This document shows, piece after piece, positions 8,925 through 18,358 of a DNA stretch of 32,158 bases (position 1 is the stretch's first letter; every line of letters starts with the position of its first letter). Origin of the DNA: an uncultured Synechococcus sp. (lineage in GTDB: Bacteria; Cyanobacteriota; Cyanobacteriia; Pseudanabaenales; Pseudanabaenaceae); contig CAZLKI010000001.1 of the NCBI GenBank assembly GCA_964560035.1, positions 1-32,158 of the forward strand, read 5' to 3'. The notes under the pieces were generated by a model. It had not been told where the DNA came from. It saw only the letters and a list, made by a program, of their open reading frames with translations, and did not search any database. The translations under genes and the position numbers were made by a program.

Positions 8925-10088
8925 ATGAAAAATTTAGAAAGTATCACAATTCATCAATTTAGAGGTTTACGCGAAGTTGAACTTAAAAATCTTGGTCAGG
9001 TCAATTTGCTCGTAGGTATTAATAATTCTGGTAAAACTAGCGTTCTAGAAGCCTTAACTATTTTTTGCCATCCTCTTGATATAAGAATATGGATAAATAC
9101 TGCTTCACAAAGAGAACAAAATTATCGAAGTATCAGAACATCAGCACTTGAGGCTCTTGAATGGCTTTTTCCTCGTAATTTTTTAGATAACATTCAAGAT
9201 ATTAGTAATCGAAGAATCTCCATTTCAGGAAGTGGTGAATTCCCCATTAAAATAATGGAAGCAACCTATGAGGAAACAGAAAGAATTTATGTTTCTGAAG
9301 AAAGAAGATTACTAAATGAAGATGGACAACTTAATAAAGACGAACAGATTGAGGAGAGTGAAGATCTCTTGAAAATACAAAAAGGTCTTAAATTAATGGT
9401 TAAGCTAGATACTGGACAATTAAATCTATTTGAAAGTGGAGAATCATATTTAATTGAATATTATGAGATTTGGGAGCATGAATTTTTATCTAGATTTTCG
9501 AGTAAGAATAAACCTAGCATAGCTACTTCAGTCGTTACAACTACATCCCATCGTTCAGCTATTGGGCAAATTAGATTGCTATCAGAAGCTCGATTTGATA
9601 ATTTTAAAACAGATGTTTTAGACCTTTTGAGTCAAATGGATAACGATATTTGTGATATCGAAATTCTTTTGTCTCCAAATATGCGAAGTTCACAATTTAA
9701 TATCTACATTCAACACCGAAAAATAGGACTTGTACCTGTCAGTATGTTTGGTGATGGAGTACGTCGCCTTCTACATATAGCTCTAAAATTAGCATCTGCC
9801 AAAGGTGGGATTCTTTTAATTGATGAACTTGAGTCCGCAATTCATACTGAAGTTCTCCAAAAATCATTCGGTTGGTTAGTAAGGTGGAGTAAAGAGATGA
9901 ATGTTCAACTTTTTGTAACCACACATAGTCTTGAAACTGTTGATGCTTTATTGGCAGTCACGGAGGCTGAATCCGATCTTGTACTTTATCGTTTGGAGCC
10001 TAAAGAGTCTGTTACAAAAGTAGTTAGACATGACTGGAGCAGATTAAAGCGTTTACGAGAAGAATCAGGACAGGAGGTACGCTGGTGA
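8925..10088 (+). CDS. ABC/SMC-like AAA ATPase (AAA_15/AAA_21 type), putative defence or TA component
   Basis: N-terminal ITIHQFRGL, Walker A GINNSGKT, signature-like FGDG, Walker B ILLIDELE, H-loop VTTHS and C-terminal EVR; no transporter permease nearby. Confidence 0.88.
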   Translation: MKNLESITIHQFRGLREVELKNLGQVNLLVGINNSGKTSVLEALTIFCHPLDIRIWINTASQREQNYRSIRTSALEALEWLFPRNFLDNIQDISNRRISISGSGEFPIKIMEATYEETERIYVSEERRLLNEDGQLNKDEQIEESEDLLKIQKGLKLMVKLDTGQLNLFESGESYLIEYYEIWEHEFLSRFSSKNKPSIATSVVTTTSHRSAIGQIRLLSEARFDNFKTDVLDLLSQMDNDICDIEILLSPNMRSSQFNIYIQHRKIGLVPVSMFGDGVRRLLHIALKLASAKGGILLIDELESAIHTEVLQKSFGWLVRWSKEMNVQLFVTTHSLETVDALLAVTEAESDLVLYRLEPKESVTKVVRHDWSRLKRLREESGQEVRW

Positions 10089-10837
10089 GTCAAAGATATG
10101 CGCTAATTGGAGTAGAAGGAAATCATGATCAGGTATTTATATCTAAAATACTTTGTAAGTTATTAGACTTCTCTAAGTGGGATGAGAAGTCCGATTTAGA
10201 TCGGTTTTGGCGTAAATTTATTCCAAATTATCCGCCAAGATCGGGGAAATTATATGTTCGGCTGGATATGCCATCAATTCTTCACAATGATGAATTATCT
10301 ATAGCAATATATGCTGGTGAAGGAAGTAACTTAATTACTAATTTTCAGGATAAATTATCTGATATAGATATTTCTCAGCTATCAGCTTTTGGAATAGTTG
10401 CTGATGCAGATAAGTCTTTACCCGAGCAAGTTGTATCAGAGTACTTTAAAGGTTTTAAAGAGTATTTTCCCGAATTTCCTAAACAAGGTGGATTAGTGGT
10501 TGGTAGTTGTCCCAAATTAGGCGTATATGTTTTGCCAAATAACTTAGATTCAGGAGTTGTTGACAGCCTTCTTTGCGAATGTGGTCACATCGCTTACCCA
10601 GAATTTATGAAAAGAGCAAATACCTATATTGATGTGTTTACTGAATCTGAAATTAAACATTGGAAGCCCTTTGATAAAGAAAAAGCAACAATTGCATCTG
10701 TTGTTAGCATTCTGAAGCCTGGCAAAACCAATACAGTAAGTATTTCTGATAATGAATGGATCAGCCGTGAAGTGGAGCAGCAACTTCCAAAAATTAAAGC
10801 TCTAACCAAATTTTTAAAAGATTTACTAGGAATATAG
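10085..10837 (+). CDS. DUF3226-like / TOPRIM-like protein partnered with the ATPase
   Basis: GTGA overlap with the ATPase; VEGNHD and IVADAD acidic motifs; GVYVLPNN..GxxE/DxL and KA motifs typical of DUF3226-type proteins. Confidence 0.75.
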   Translation: MSQRYALIGVEGNHDQVFISKILCKLLDFSKWDEKSDLDRFWRKFIPNYPPRSGKLYVRLDMPSILHNDELSIAIYAGEGSNLITNFQDKLSDIDISQLSAFGIVADADKSLPEQVVSEYFKGFKEYFPEFPKQGGLVVGSCPKLGVYVLPNNLDSGVVDSLLCECGHIAYPEFMKRANTYIDVFTESEIKHWKPFDKEKATIASVVSILKPGKTNTVSISDNEWISREVEQQLPKIKALTKFLKDLLGI

Positions 10838-10845
10838 CTCAACCA

Positions 10846-10983
10846 GCGATCGGTTCGGATGCCAGCATTAAGGAATTAAGAGAAGAATTAGAAGAACTAA
10901 AGAAAAATAATCAGGAAATGAAGAGTCGTTTGGAGGCGATCGAAGCCAAATCAATTACTTTGGAAAATATGAAAAGTAATTGA
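10846..10983 (+). pseudogene. detached second copy of the pepN 3' end, with an alternative tail
   Basis: Reads AIGSDASIKELREELEELKKNNQEMKSRLEAIEAKSITLENMKSN* (stop 10981-10983), against pepN AIGSDSSIKQLREELEELKKNNQEMKSRLEAIEAKSNKSS*. Confidence 0.85.
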
Positions 10984-11024
10984 TATATGATGCGATAAAT
11001 ATATTAATAAATTGAGGAAAAGAA

Positions 11025-11345
11025 ATGGACTACATCGGTAAATGGCGGATTACAGAAATGGAAATGTGGGAAAGTGATTACTTGGACATGGAAGTTAAAG
11101 CATATATTACGATTGAGAGCAAAGACTCTGGAGAATTTCAATTCGGTTTAGTCTCTGGACAAATTGATGGCGAAATATCAAAAGATGGAAATAGATTTGA
11201 GTTTACTTGGGATGGAAATGATGAATGCGATCCTGCGTTTGGTAGTGGTTGGCTTATATTAAAGGATAAAGACTCTTTAGAAGGTCGAATTAAATTCCAC
11301 CAAGGTGATAGTTCCGATCTTTTAGCAACGCGGATGAGCAATTAA
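11025..11345 (+). CDS. small acidic, beta-rich hypothetical protein
   Basis: 106-aa ORF with a good SD (GAGGA). GKWRITEM..WD/E and FTWDGNDE.D...GSGW pattern; function unknown. Confidence 0.8.
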   Translation: MDYIGKWRITEMEMWESDYLDMEVKAYITIESKDSGEFQFGLVSGQIDGEISKDGNRFEFTWDGNDECDPAFGSGWLILKDKDSLEGRIKFHQGDSSDLLATRMSN

Positions 11346-11476
11346 TAAGCAATAAACAACAATGACGATCTTTTAAGGTGCAAAGTTGAATCCAAAAATC
11401 TCATAGAACTAGCTGTCCAGTGATATAAACTGGATCATCGATTTAGGCGATTATCAATTTAGTTTAAGAGCAACCA

Positions 11477-13678
11477 ATGGCAGCGTTTTTATTAGAAGTA
11501 GGCACCGAAGAATTACCATCAGGTTTCGTTACTGATGCTCTAAAGCAGTGGCAGCAACGTATCCCCCTCAGTCTTGCCGAAAATTATTTAACCTCTACCA
11601 AAATTAGTTATTATGCAACACCTCGGCGTTTGGCAGTATTAATTGAAGGCTTACCTCGGCACCAGCCCGATCGCACTCTAGAAATTAAAGGTCCCGCTCT
11701 CGCAGCAGCATATATTAATGGCACAAATGGCGAACCAACTAAGGCATTAATTGGATTTACCCGCTCTAAAGGTTTAGAAATTGATGATTTAGTAATTAAA
11801 GAAACCGAAAAAGGAAGTTTTGTATTTGCCTCCCAAGCAGTGAAAGGGATGGAAACCGATGAAGTTCTAAGGTCGATAGTTCTCACTTGGATTACGGGCT
11901 TAGAGGGAAAAAGATTAATGCGATGGGGTACGGGTGAGTTAAAGTTTCCTCGCCCTATTCGCTGGCTTGTAGCTTTATTAGATCAGCGGATTTTGGCTTT
12001 GACCTTAGGAAATATAAATAGCGATCGCCGCAGTTGGGGACATCGAGTCATGCATCCGCGCCCTGTAGTAATTGATACCGCGATCGATTATGTTGCCACC
12101 TTAAAAGAGGCATTTGTAATCGTGGATGTTGAAGAGCGCAAGCACAGAATTTGCAGTCAAATTAAAGGCGTATCCGAGTTAATGCGGGCAACTGCCGAGA
12201 TTCCCGAATCCTTATTAGAAGAAGTTACGCAATTAATCGAATTTCCTACCGCAGTAGTTGGAGAGTTCGATCGCGAGTTTTTGACATTACCGCCCATAGT
12301 CATTAAAACTGAGATGGAGAGCCATCAACGCTATTTCCCCATGTATCGTCAGCATGAAAGTCGCCAGATCGATAATCAGCAAACCGATTTGGAGAAAACA
12401 GATCGTCCTCTCGATCGACTGTTACCTTACTTTATAACTATTTCCAATGGCGATCCCGAAAAGTCTAAATTAATTGCCGCAGGAAATGGCAGGGTAATCA
12501 GAGCAAGGTTATCTGATGGTAAGTTTTTCTACGATCGCGATCGCTCGGTAACTTTAGAGAGCTTTTTACCACAATTACAAAGGGTAACATTTCAAGAACA
12601 ATTAGGCTCGGTTGGGGATAAAGTCGATCGCATTGTGGAAATTACTCAGGCTGTAACTGGGGCGATCGCTAATCTGGAATTATCCACTACAGACACTATC
12701 AAAATCAAACGCACTGCCACGCTTTGTAAAGCCGATTTAGTCACCGAGATGGTCAAGGAATTTCCCGAACTCCAAGGGATCATGGGGAGCTACTATGCCC
12801 GATCTAGTAATGAAGCTGAGATAGTTGCCGATGGCATTTTAGAGCATTATCTACCACGGGGCGCAGGAGATAAATTACCCCAAACTCTCACGGGTAAAAT
12901 TGTGGCAATTAGCGATCGCCTCGATACTTTAGTCGGCATTTTTGGACTGGGCTTAATCCCCACAGGCTCATCCGATCCCTTTGCCCTCAGACGTTCCGCC
13001 GCCGCCATTATTCAAATCGCTTGGGATAGTGACTATCATCTTAATTTACCCAGATTGTTCTTTGATGTTATTTCCATCTATAAAAAACGAAAACCTCTAT
13101 CCGATCTCAATTCTGGTGATACCGAAAAACTTTTTCATAATCTTTGTAAGTGGTTTCAGCAACGCTGTGAGACTTTACTCAAAGAAATGGGAATTGATTA
13201 CGACTTAGTAAATGCCCTGTTTGTCCAAAATCATATCGCTGCCAATCTCGAAAATTTAGCTTTAATTCGCGATCGCGCCCAGTTTTTACAAGCCTCTCGT
13301 CAAGATGGCAGACTGGGGCAAGTATATGAGGTCGTAAATCGTGCCAGTCGGTTAGCCGAACACGGAAATCTTAGCAGTGAAATTACCGATATTAGATTAG
13401 TAGTCGATCGGAGCCGTTTAACCCAGCCTTCAGAAATTGCTCTGTATCAAGCGATCGCCTCTTTACCCCACCAAGTATCCCAACAAGCTCTGAATCCTAA
13501 TTACGCCCAATTATTATCTGCTTTGGTAGATATAACACCTTTACTCAGTCAGTTTTTTGATGAAGTATTAGTCATGGATGAAGATATGCAAGTGCGAAGC
13601 GATCGCCTGAATATGTTGGCAGTTATTCGTAATTACAGTCGAATCTTGGCAGACTTTAGCGCGATTAATCCAACTTAA
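11477..13678 (+). CDS. glyS: glycine--tRNA ligase beta subunit
   Basis: FLLEVGTEELP, TPRRLAV, MRWG..F.RPIRW, HQRYFP, LCKADLVTEMVKEFPELQG and GSSDPFALRR. Confidence 0.98.
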   Translation: MAAFLLEVGTEELPSGFVTDALKQWQQRIPLSLAENYLTSTKISYYATPRRLAVLIEGLPRHQPDRTLEIKGPALAAAYINGTNGEPTKALIGFTRSKGLEIDDLVIKETEKGSFVFASQAVKGMETDEVLRSIVLTWITGLEGKRLMRWGTGELKFPRPIRWLVALLDQRILALTLGNINSDRRSWGHRVMHPRPVVIDTAIDYVATLKEAFVIVDVEERKHRICSQIKGVSELMRATAEIPESLLEEVTQLIEFPTAVVGEFDREFLTLPPIVIKTEMESHQRYFPMYRQHESRQIDNQQTDLEKTDRPLDRLLPYFITISNGDPEKSKLIAAGNGRVIRARLSDGKFFYDRDRSVTLESFLPQLQRVTFQEQLGSVGDKVDRIVEITQAVTGAIANLELSTTDTIKIKRTATLCKADLVTEMVKEFPELQGIMGSYYARSSNEAEIVADGILEHYLPRGAGDKLPQTLTGKIVAISDRLDTLVGIFGLGLIPTGSSDPFALRRSAAAIIQIAWDSDYHLNLPRLFFDVISIYKKRKPLSDLNSGDTEKLFHNLCKWFQQRCETLLKEMGIDYDLVNALFVQNHIAANLENLALIRDRAQFLQASRQDGRLGQVYEVVNRASRLAEHGNLSSEITDIRLVVDRSRLTQPSEIALYQAIASLPHQVSQQALNPNYAQLLSALVDITPLLSQFFDEVLVMDEDMQVRSDRLNMLAVIRNYSRILADFSAINPT

Positions 13679-13820
13679 AAACTTCTAAGTTAAATTCTAA
13701 AATAAGTTACAAGATAGTTGTCCAACATACAACCATCAGATTTATGAGTTTTATGGGTTACACTTATATTTCTGTGCAAAGAACTCTGAGAAAACTCTCT
13801 GAAATTAAGGCAAATTAATT

Positions 13821-14048
13821 ATGTCTAAACGCTATACCATCGAAGCTGCTGAAGCTCTCCGCCGTGCTGAAGAACTTGTCTCTGCCGCCCCAAACCGCTA
13901 TCGGATTACAGTTCAAGTTGCAAATCGGGCAAAACTCCGCCGCTATGATGAAGCTGATGACTATGACGATCATTTTCTTAAGCCCATAATTAGAGCGATC
14001 GTGGAAATGTCTGATGAGCTAACTCAACCCGAAATTTTGAGCGATTAG
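13821..14048 (+). CDS. rpoZ: RNA polymerase omega subunit (cyanobacterial type)
   Basis: [16 protein letters not shown]...[19 protein letters not shown]. Confidence 0.92.
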   Translation: MSKRYTIEAAEALRRAEELVSAAPNRYRITVQVANRAKLRRYDEADDYDDHFLKPIIRAIVEMSDELTQPEILSD

Positions 14049-14056
14049 ATTTTTGT

Positions 14057-14416
14057 TTGAATAAGTATTTAATAAGTGGGGAGGGTTGGCGGTTAGGTTA
14101 CTCTCCCGATGCTGAAATTTTTGTAGGCTTAGTTGGTGCAGAAAACTGGGCGATCGAGCTCAATCAACAAGAGCTTAATGATTTTTGTCGTCTAAGCCTA
14201 CAGTTAGCTGAAACAATGACATCAATGCAAGCCGAACTTGCAGAAGAAGAAAACCTGATCTGCTCCGCTCAAACCGAGGAGATTTTTATCGAAGCCTCTG
14301 GTCTTGTGGGAAACTTTACAATCCATCTTCAACTTCTAAACGGTCGTAGGGCTGAGGGTATATGGAGACAAGAGGCGATCGCCGAATTCTTAAATGCCAT
14401 TAGATTAAATACCTAA
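14057..14416 (+). CDS. DUF1818-like conserved cyanobacterial protein
   Basis: GEGWRLG, GLVG..WAIEL, F.RL..QL...M...EL and GRRAEG.W motifs; usual neighbour of rpoZ. TTG start. Confidence 0.78.
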   Translation: MNKYLISGEGWRLGYSPDAEIFVGLVGAENWAIELNQQELNDFCRLSLQLAETMTSMQAELAEEENLICSAQTEEIFIEASGLVGNFTIHLQLLNGRRAEGIWRQEAIAEFLNAIRLNT

Positions 14417-14478
14417 AGCAAATTATGTTTTAGTCTTGGTAGCTTAAACTGTTAAAATCTTGGGCAGATTAGCTAGTA

Positions 14479-15516
14479 ATGGAACTAAACGTGCGAATTG
14501 CAGTTGATGCTATGGGTGGGGATCATGCCCCAGATGAAATAATTGCTGGAGCTTTGATGGCTCAGGCAAAGTTTGATATTGATATTTTATTAGTGGGTGA
14601 TGAAGAAGCGATCTCCAAATATCTGAAGCAACATCAGCATAAACCAAGCGATCGCATTGAGATCGTCCATGCTGAAGGGCAAATAGATATGCATGAAGAA
14701 CCACTAGAAGCTCTACGCCGCAAGCCCAAATGTTCGATCGCCGTATCTATGGAACTGGTCAAGCAAAAGAAAGCCGATAGTGTAGTTGCCGCAGGACACA
14801 CGGGCGCAGCAATGGCAGCCGCATTATTAAGACTGGGCAGATTAAAAGGCATCGACCGACCTGCGATCGGGGCATTGTTACCGACTTTAATTCCCCATAA
14901 ACCCGTTTTGCTCTTAGATGTAGGTGCTAATGTCGATTGCCGTCCCAAGTTTTTAGAACAATTTGCCATGATGGGGCTACTGTATAGCCGCTATGCCTTG
15001 GGTGTAGATAATCCCAAGCTAGGACTGCTTAATATTGGCGAAGAACCTTCTAAGGGTAACGATCTGGCAATTAAAGTGCACCAAAGCCTCCAAGGTAATC
15101 CCCAGATTCCATTTGCAGGCAATGCAGAGGGTAGAGATGTGATGTCGGGCGATTTTGATGTGGTTATCTGCGATGGTTTTATGGGTAATGTTTTGTTAAA
15201 GTTTGCTGAGGGTGTGGGCAAAGTGGCAATGCAAATTTTGAAAGAAGAGCTCCCAAGGGGATGGTGGGGTAAATTAGGAATTTTGTTTTTGCGTCCCAAT
15301 CTTTCACAGGTCAAGCAAAGAATGGACTATAACGAGTATGGAGGGGCTTTATTACTAGGCGTGGACGGAGTATGTATAATCGCCCACGGTAGCTCTAAAG
15401 CTTCAAGTATATTTAATGCCATTCGAGTAGCTAAAGATGCCGTAGAAAATGAAGTATTAGATCGCATCCGCACGCAAATTAAAGAACTTAATGCTGTTAC
15501 GGAAGAAATCAAATGA
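14479..15516 (+). CDS. plsX: phosphate acyltransferase PlsX
   Basis: IAVDAMGGDHAP, GHTGA, DRPAI, LDVGANVD, LNIGEE..KG, VICDGFMGN and HGSS. Confidence 0.98.
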   Translation: MELNVRIAVDAMGGDHAPDEIIAGALMAQAKFDIDILLVGDEEAISKYLKQHQHKPSDRIEIVHAEGQIDMHEEPLEALRRKPKCSIAVSMELVKQKKADSVVAAGHTGAAMAAALLRLGRLKGIDRPAIGALLPTLIPHKPVLLLDVGANVDCRPKFLEQFAMMGLLYSRYALGVDNPKLGLLNIGEEPSKGNDLAIKVHQSLQGNPQIPFAGNAEGRDVMSGDFDVVICDGFMGNVLLKFAEGVGKVAMQILKEELPRGWWGKLGILFLRPNLSQVKQRMDYNEYGGALLLGVDGVCIIAHGSSKASSIFNAIRVAKDAVENEVLDRIRTQIKELNAVTEEIK

Positions 15517-16466
15517 ATGGAGTCAGAATAATTGGAAGTGGTTCGGCTGTACCCCAACGCGTAATCACTAATGATGAACTCAGTCAAACTATCGAGACCT
15601 CCGATGAGTGGATCTTTTCAAGGACGGGAATTCACCAAAGAAGAGTAATTACCCCCGATCGAGAATCTCTTGTAAGTTTAGCAACTATAGCCGCAAAGGA
15701 AGCGATCGCTATGGCAGGTATAGAGCCTGAAGATCTAGATTTAATTATTCTGGCTACTTCTAGTCCTGACGATCTATTTGGCTCAGCATCTCAAGTACAG
15801 TTCCTTTTGGGAGCAGAGCGGGCGGTCGCCTTCGATCTTAGTGCGGCTTGTTCGGGGTTTGTGTTTGGCTTAGTCACGGCATCTCAGTTTATTCGTACGG
15901 GTACCTATCGCAATATTTTACTAATCGGGGCAGATGTTTTATCACGGTGGGTCGATTGGACCGATCGCCGTACCTGTATTTTATTTGGAGATGGGGCTGG
16001 AGCAGTGGTATTACAGGCATCAGAGCAAGATTATCTCTTAGGGTTTGAATTAAGAAGTGATGGTAAAGGTAATCCACTACTCAATCTCAATCATAATTCT
16101 AATGCAAGAGCCTACGATAATATCACCATGAATGGCGGAGAAGTCTATCGCTTTGCTGTCAAGTCGGTACCCGAAGTTTTAGAAAAAGCTCTAATTCATG
16201 CCAATTTAACCGTGAAAGATATTGATTGGTTAATCTTGCATCAAGCAAATCAGCGCATTTTAGATGCCGTTCAGTCCCGCATGGATATTGCCTCTGAGAA
16301 AGTAATTAGTAATCTAAGTAACTATGGCAACACTTCTGCTGCTTCTATTCCCTTAGCCTTAGACGAATCAGTGAGATCGCATAAAATCAAAAGCTCTGAT
16401 ACTATAGCCATATCAGGATTTGGAGCAGGTTTAAGTTGGGGTGCGGCAATATTTAAGTGGGGTTAA
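15513..16466 (+). CDS. fabH: 3-oxoacyl-ACP synthase III FabH
   Basis: TSDEWIFSRTGI, AACSGF, LFGDGAGA, HQANQRI, GNTSAASIP and FGAGLSWG; ATGA overlap with plsX. Confidence 0.97.
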   Translation: MNGVRIIGSGSAVPQRVITNDELSQTIETSDEWIFSRTGIHQRRVITPDRESLVSLATIAAKEAIAMAGIEPEDLDLIILATSSPDDLFGSASQVQFLLGAERAVAFDLSAACSGFVFGLVTASQFIRTGTYRNILLIGADVLSRWVDWTDRRTCILFGDGAGAVVLQASEQDYLLGFELRSDGKGNPLLNLNHNSNARAYDNITMNGGEVYRFAVKSVPEVLEKALIHANLTVKDIDWLILHQANQRILDAVQSRMDIASEKVISNLSNYGNTSAASIPLALDESVRSHKIKSSDTIAISGFGAGLSWGAAIFKWG

Positions 16467-16481
16467 GGAGAGAATGAAATA

Positions 16482-17972
16482 ATGCAGTTAACGGAACTTT
16501 TAGGTAAAGCAGGTTATAAAAATGAGAGTGCTAATGATGGCATCGTCAAGCGCATAGTAACTGATTCCCGAATTTGTGAACATGGGGATTTATTTATCGC
16601 AATGCTCGGCAGTAAAGTAGATGGCAGTCAGTATGTATTACAGGCATTAGAAAAGGGAGCGATCGCCGCCATTATCGACCGAACCTCTAAACTAGAATCT
16701 CATCCCCAGATAATTCCCGTCACCGATGTAACTACCGCCTGTGCAAATCTTGCTGCGAGTTTTTATAACTATCCCGCTCAAAAGCTCAAATTAGTTGGTG
16801 TAACTGGTACAAACGGTAAAACCACTACCACACACTTGATTGAATTTCTGCTCAAGGATAAATATCCGACTGGGCTAATGGGAACTCTCTATACTCGTTG
16901 GCAGGATTACGAACATATCTCTACGCACACTACCCCATTTGCCATAGATTTACAGGCACAACTCAAACAGGCTGTGGATTGTAATCAAGAAGTGATGGTA
17001 ATAGAAGTTAGTTCCCATGCGTTAGCTCAACGGCGAGTGTGGAATTGTCCCTTTGAGGTATCAGTTTTTACAAATCTCACTCAAGATCACTTAGATTATC
17101 ACCTTAATTTAGAGCAATATTTTCAAGCCAAAGCTTTACTGTTTAATTCTGATTATTTAAAAGGAAGAGCAGTAATTAATCTTGATGATGCCTATGGAAC
17201 AAGATTGATATCTGATTGTCGAAAGCTAGGAAAACCAATATGGACTTATAGCTTAACTAATACCGACGCAGACTTTTTTACCGATAATCTTACTTATAGC
17301 TCTAATGGAGTCACTGCTACATTACATACGCCGATGGGAAAAAGAGAATTCAGATCTCCCCTTGTCGGAAGTTTTAATTTAGCTAATGTCTTAGCAGCGA
17401 TCGCCACTTCTATGCATCTGGTTAAAAGTGGAACCAGTTTAGAAGAGATAGTTCAACGATTACCCGAATTTAAGAATGTCCCAGGTCGAGTTGAAAAAGT
17501 GCAAGTCAATCCCGATCAAGATATTACAGTAGTTGTAGACTATGCCCATACGCCCGATAGTTTGGAAAATCTGCTCAAAGCCATGCGTCCCTTTACCCAA
17601 AGAGAGCTAATTTGCATTTTCGGATGTGGTGGCGATCGCGATCGGACGAAAAGACCGATTATGGGCGAAATTGCGGCAAGATTAGCGGATAAAGTCTATG
17701 TTACTTCTGATAACCCGCGCACTGAAAATGCCCAAACTATTCTTCAAGATATTCTCATGGGAATTCCCAATTCTGTAAAACCTCAAGTAGAGATAGATCG
17801 CAAAATTTGTATTAAAGAAGCGATCGCCAATGCCCAAGCAGGAGATACAGTCTTAATTGCTGGCAAAGGACATGAAAATTATCAAATTATTGGCACAGAA
17901 AAAATTCATTTTGACGATCGCGAAGAAGCTGAAATTGCCTTAAGAGAAAGATATAAGGATTCCTTATCCTAA
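16482..17972 (+). CDS. murE: UDP-MurNAc-L-Ala-D-Glu--meso-diaminopimelate ligase
   Basis: GVTGTNGKTT, EVSSH, FTNLTQDHLDYH, DYAHTPD, DNPR (DAP specificity) and AGKGHE. Confidence 0.97.
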   Translation: MQLTELLGKAGYKNESANDGIVKRIVTDSRICEHGDLFIAMLGSKVDGSQYVLQALEKGAIAAIIDRTSKLESHPQIIPVTDVTTACANLAASFYNYPAQKLKLVGVTGTNGKTTTTHLIEFLLKDKYPTGLMGTLYTRWQDYEHISTHTTPFAIDLQAQLKQAVDCNQEVMVIEVSSHALAQRRVWNCPFEVSVFTNLTQDHLDYHLNLEQYFQAKALLFNSDYLKGRAVINLDDAYGTRLISDCRKLGKPIWTYSLTNTDADFFTDNLTYSSNGVTATLHTPMGKREFRSPLVGSFNLANVLAAIATSMHLVKSGTSLEEIVQRLPEFKNVPGRVEKVQVNPDQDITVVVDYAHTPDSLENLLKAMRPFTQRELICIFGCGGDRDRTKRPIMGEIAARLADKVYVTSDNPRTENAQTILQDILMGIPNSVKPQVEIDRKICIKEAIANAQAGDTVLIAGKGHENYQIIGTEKIHFDDREEAEIALRERYKDSLS

Positions 17973-17986
17973 TCATTTAATCTTCA

Positions 17987-18301
17987 TTATTTAATCTTCT
18001 GCATAGCAAAATAAGATAGATACAAGCCAAATATAATTATGGGAAAGTAGATGCCCCATGTAAATCCTTGAGATAGTAAAATCGAAGTAATTACCAAAGT
18101 AGCGATCGCTACCATAAAATACTTCTGCCAAACTTTAGTCGGAGGCATTACCGAATCCCCCCGATTTGGAAGTAAATGCACATATTTAGCCTCTTCCGAC
18201 CATCCCGTATCTTCGTCAGAACCGCATTCAGGACAGGCTTTTGCCTTGATTGGCACATCGGCTCCGCAATTAGGACAGGTGAAGTATTTAGGCATATTCA
18301 C
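17987..18301 (-). CDS. zinc-ribbon membrane protein
   Basis: CPNCG...ACPECGSD..TGW followed by two hydrophobic segments; the likely start is the ATG two codons in (MPKYF). Confidence 0.75.
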   Translation of the reverse strand: MNMPKYFTCPNCGADVPIKAKACPECGSDEDTGWSEEAKYVHLLPNRGDSVMPPTKVWQKYFMVAIATLVITSILLSQGFTWGIYFPIIIFGLYLSYFAMQKIK

Positions 18302-18304
18302 TAT

Positions 18305-18357
18305 CTGAGTTTTAAGTTTTGAGTTTTAAGATTTGAATTTTAAGATCTGGGTTTTAG
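18305..18357. repeat. degenerate 7/14-bp short tandem repeat (STRR-like)
   Basis: CTGAGTT TTAAGTT TTGAGTT TTAAGAT TTGAATT TTAAGAT CTGGGTT TTAG fills the intergenic gap. Confidence 0.75.
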
Positions 18358-18358
18358 T

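Noticed and set aside
8792-10983. Prophage or integrative element with attL/attR
   Set aside because: No integrase, excisionase or phage genes; only two cargo genes between the repeats. Kept as an integrase-free cassette.
12340-12420. Polar insertion in GlyS after HQRYFP
   Set aside because: This surface loop varies in length in GlyS; no repeat or mobile signature.
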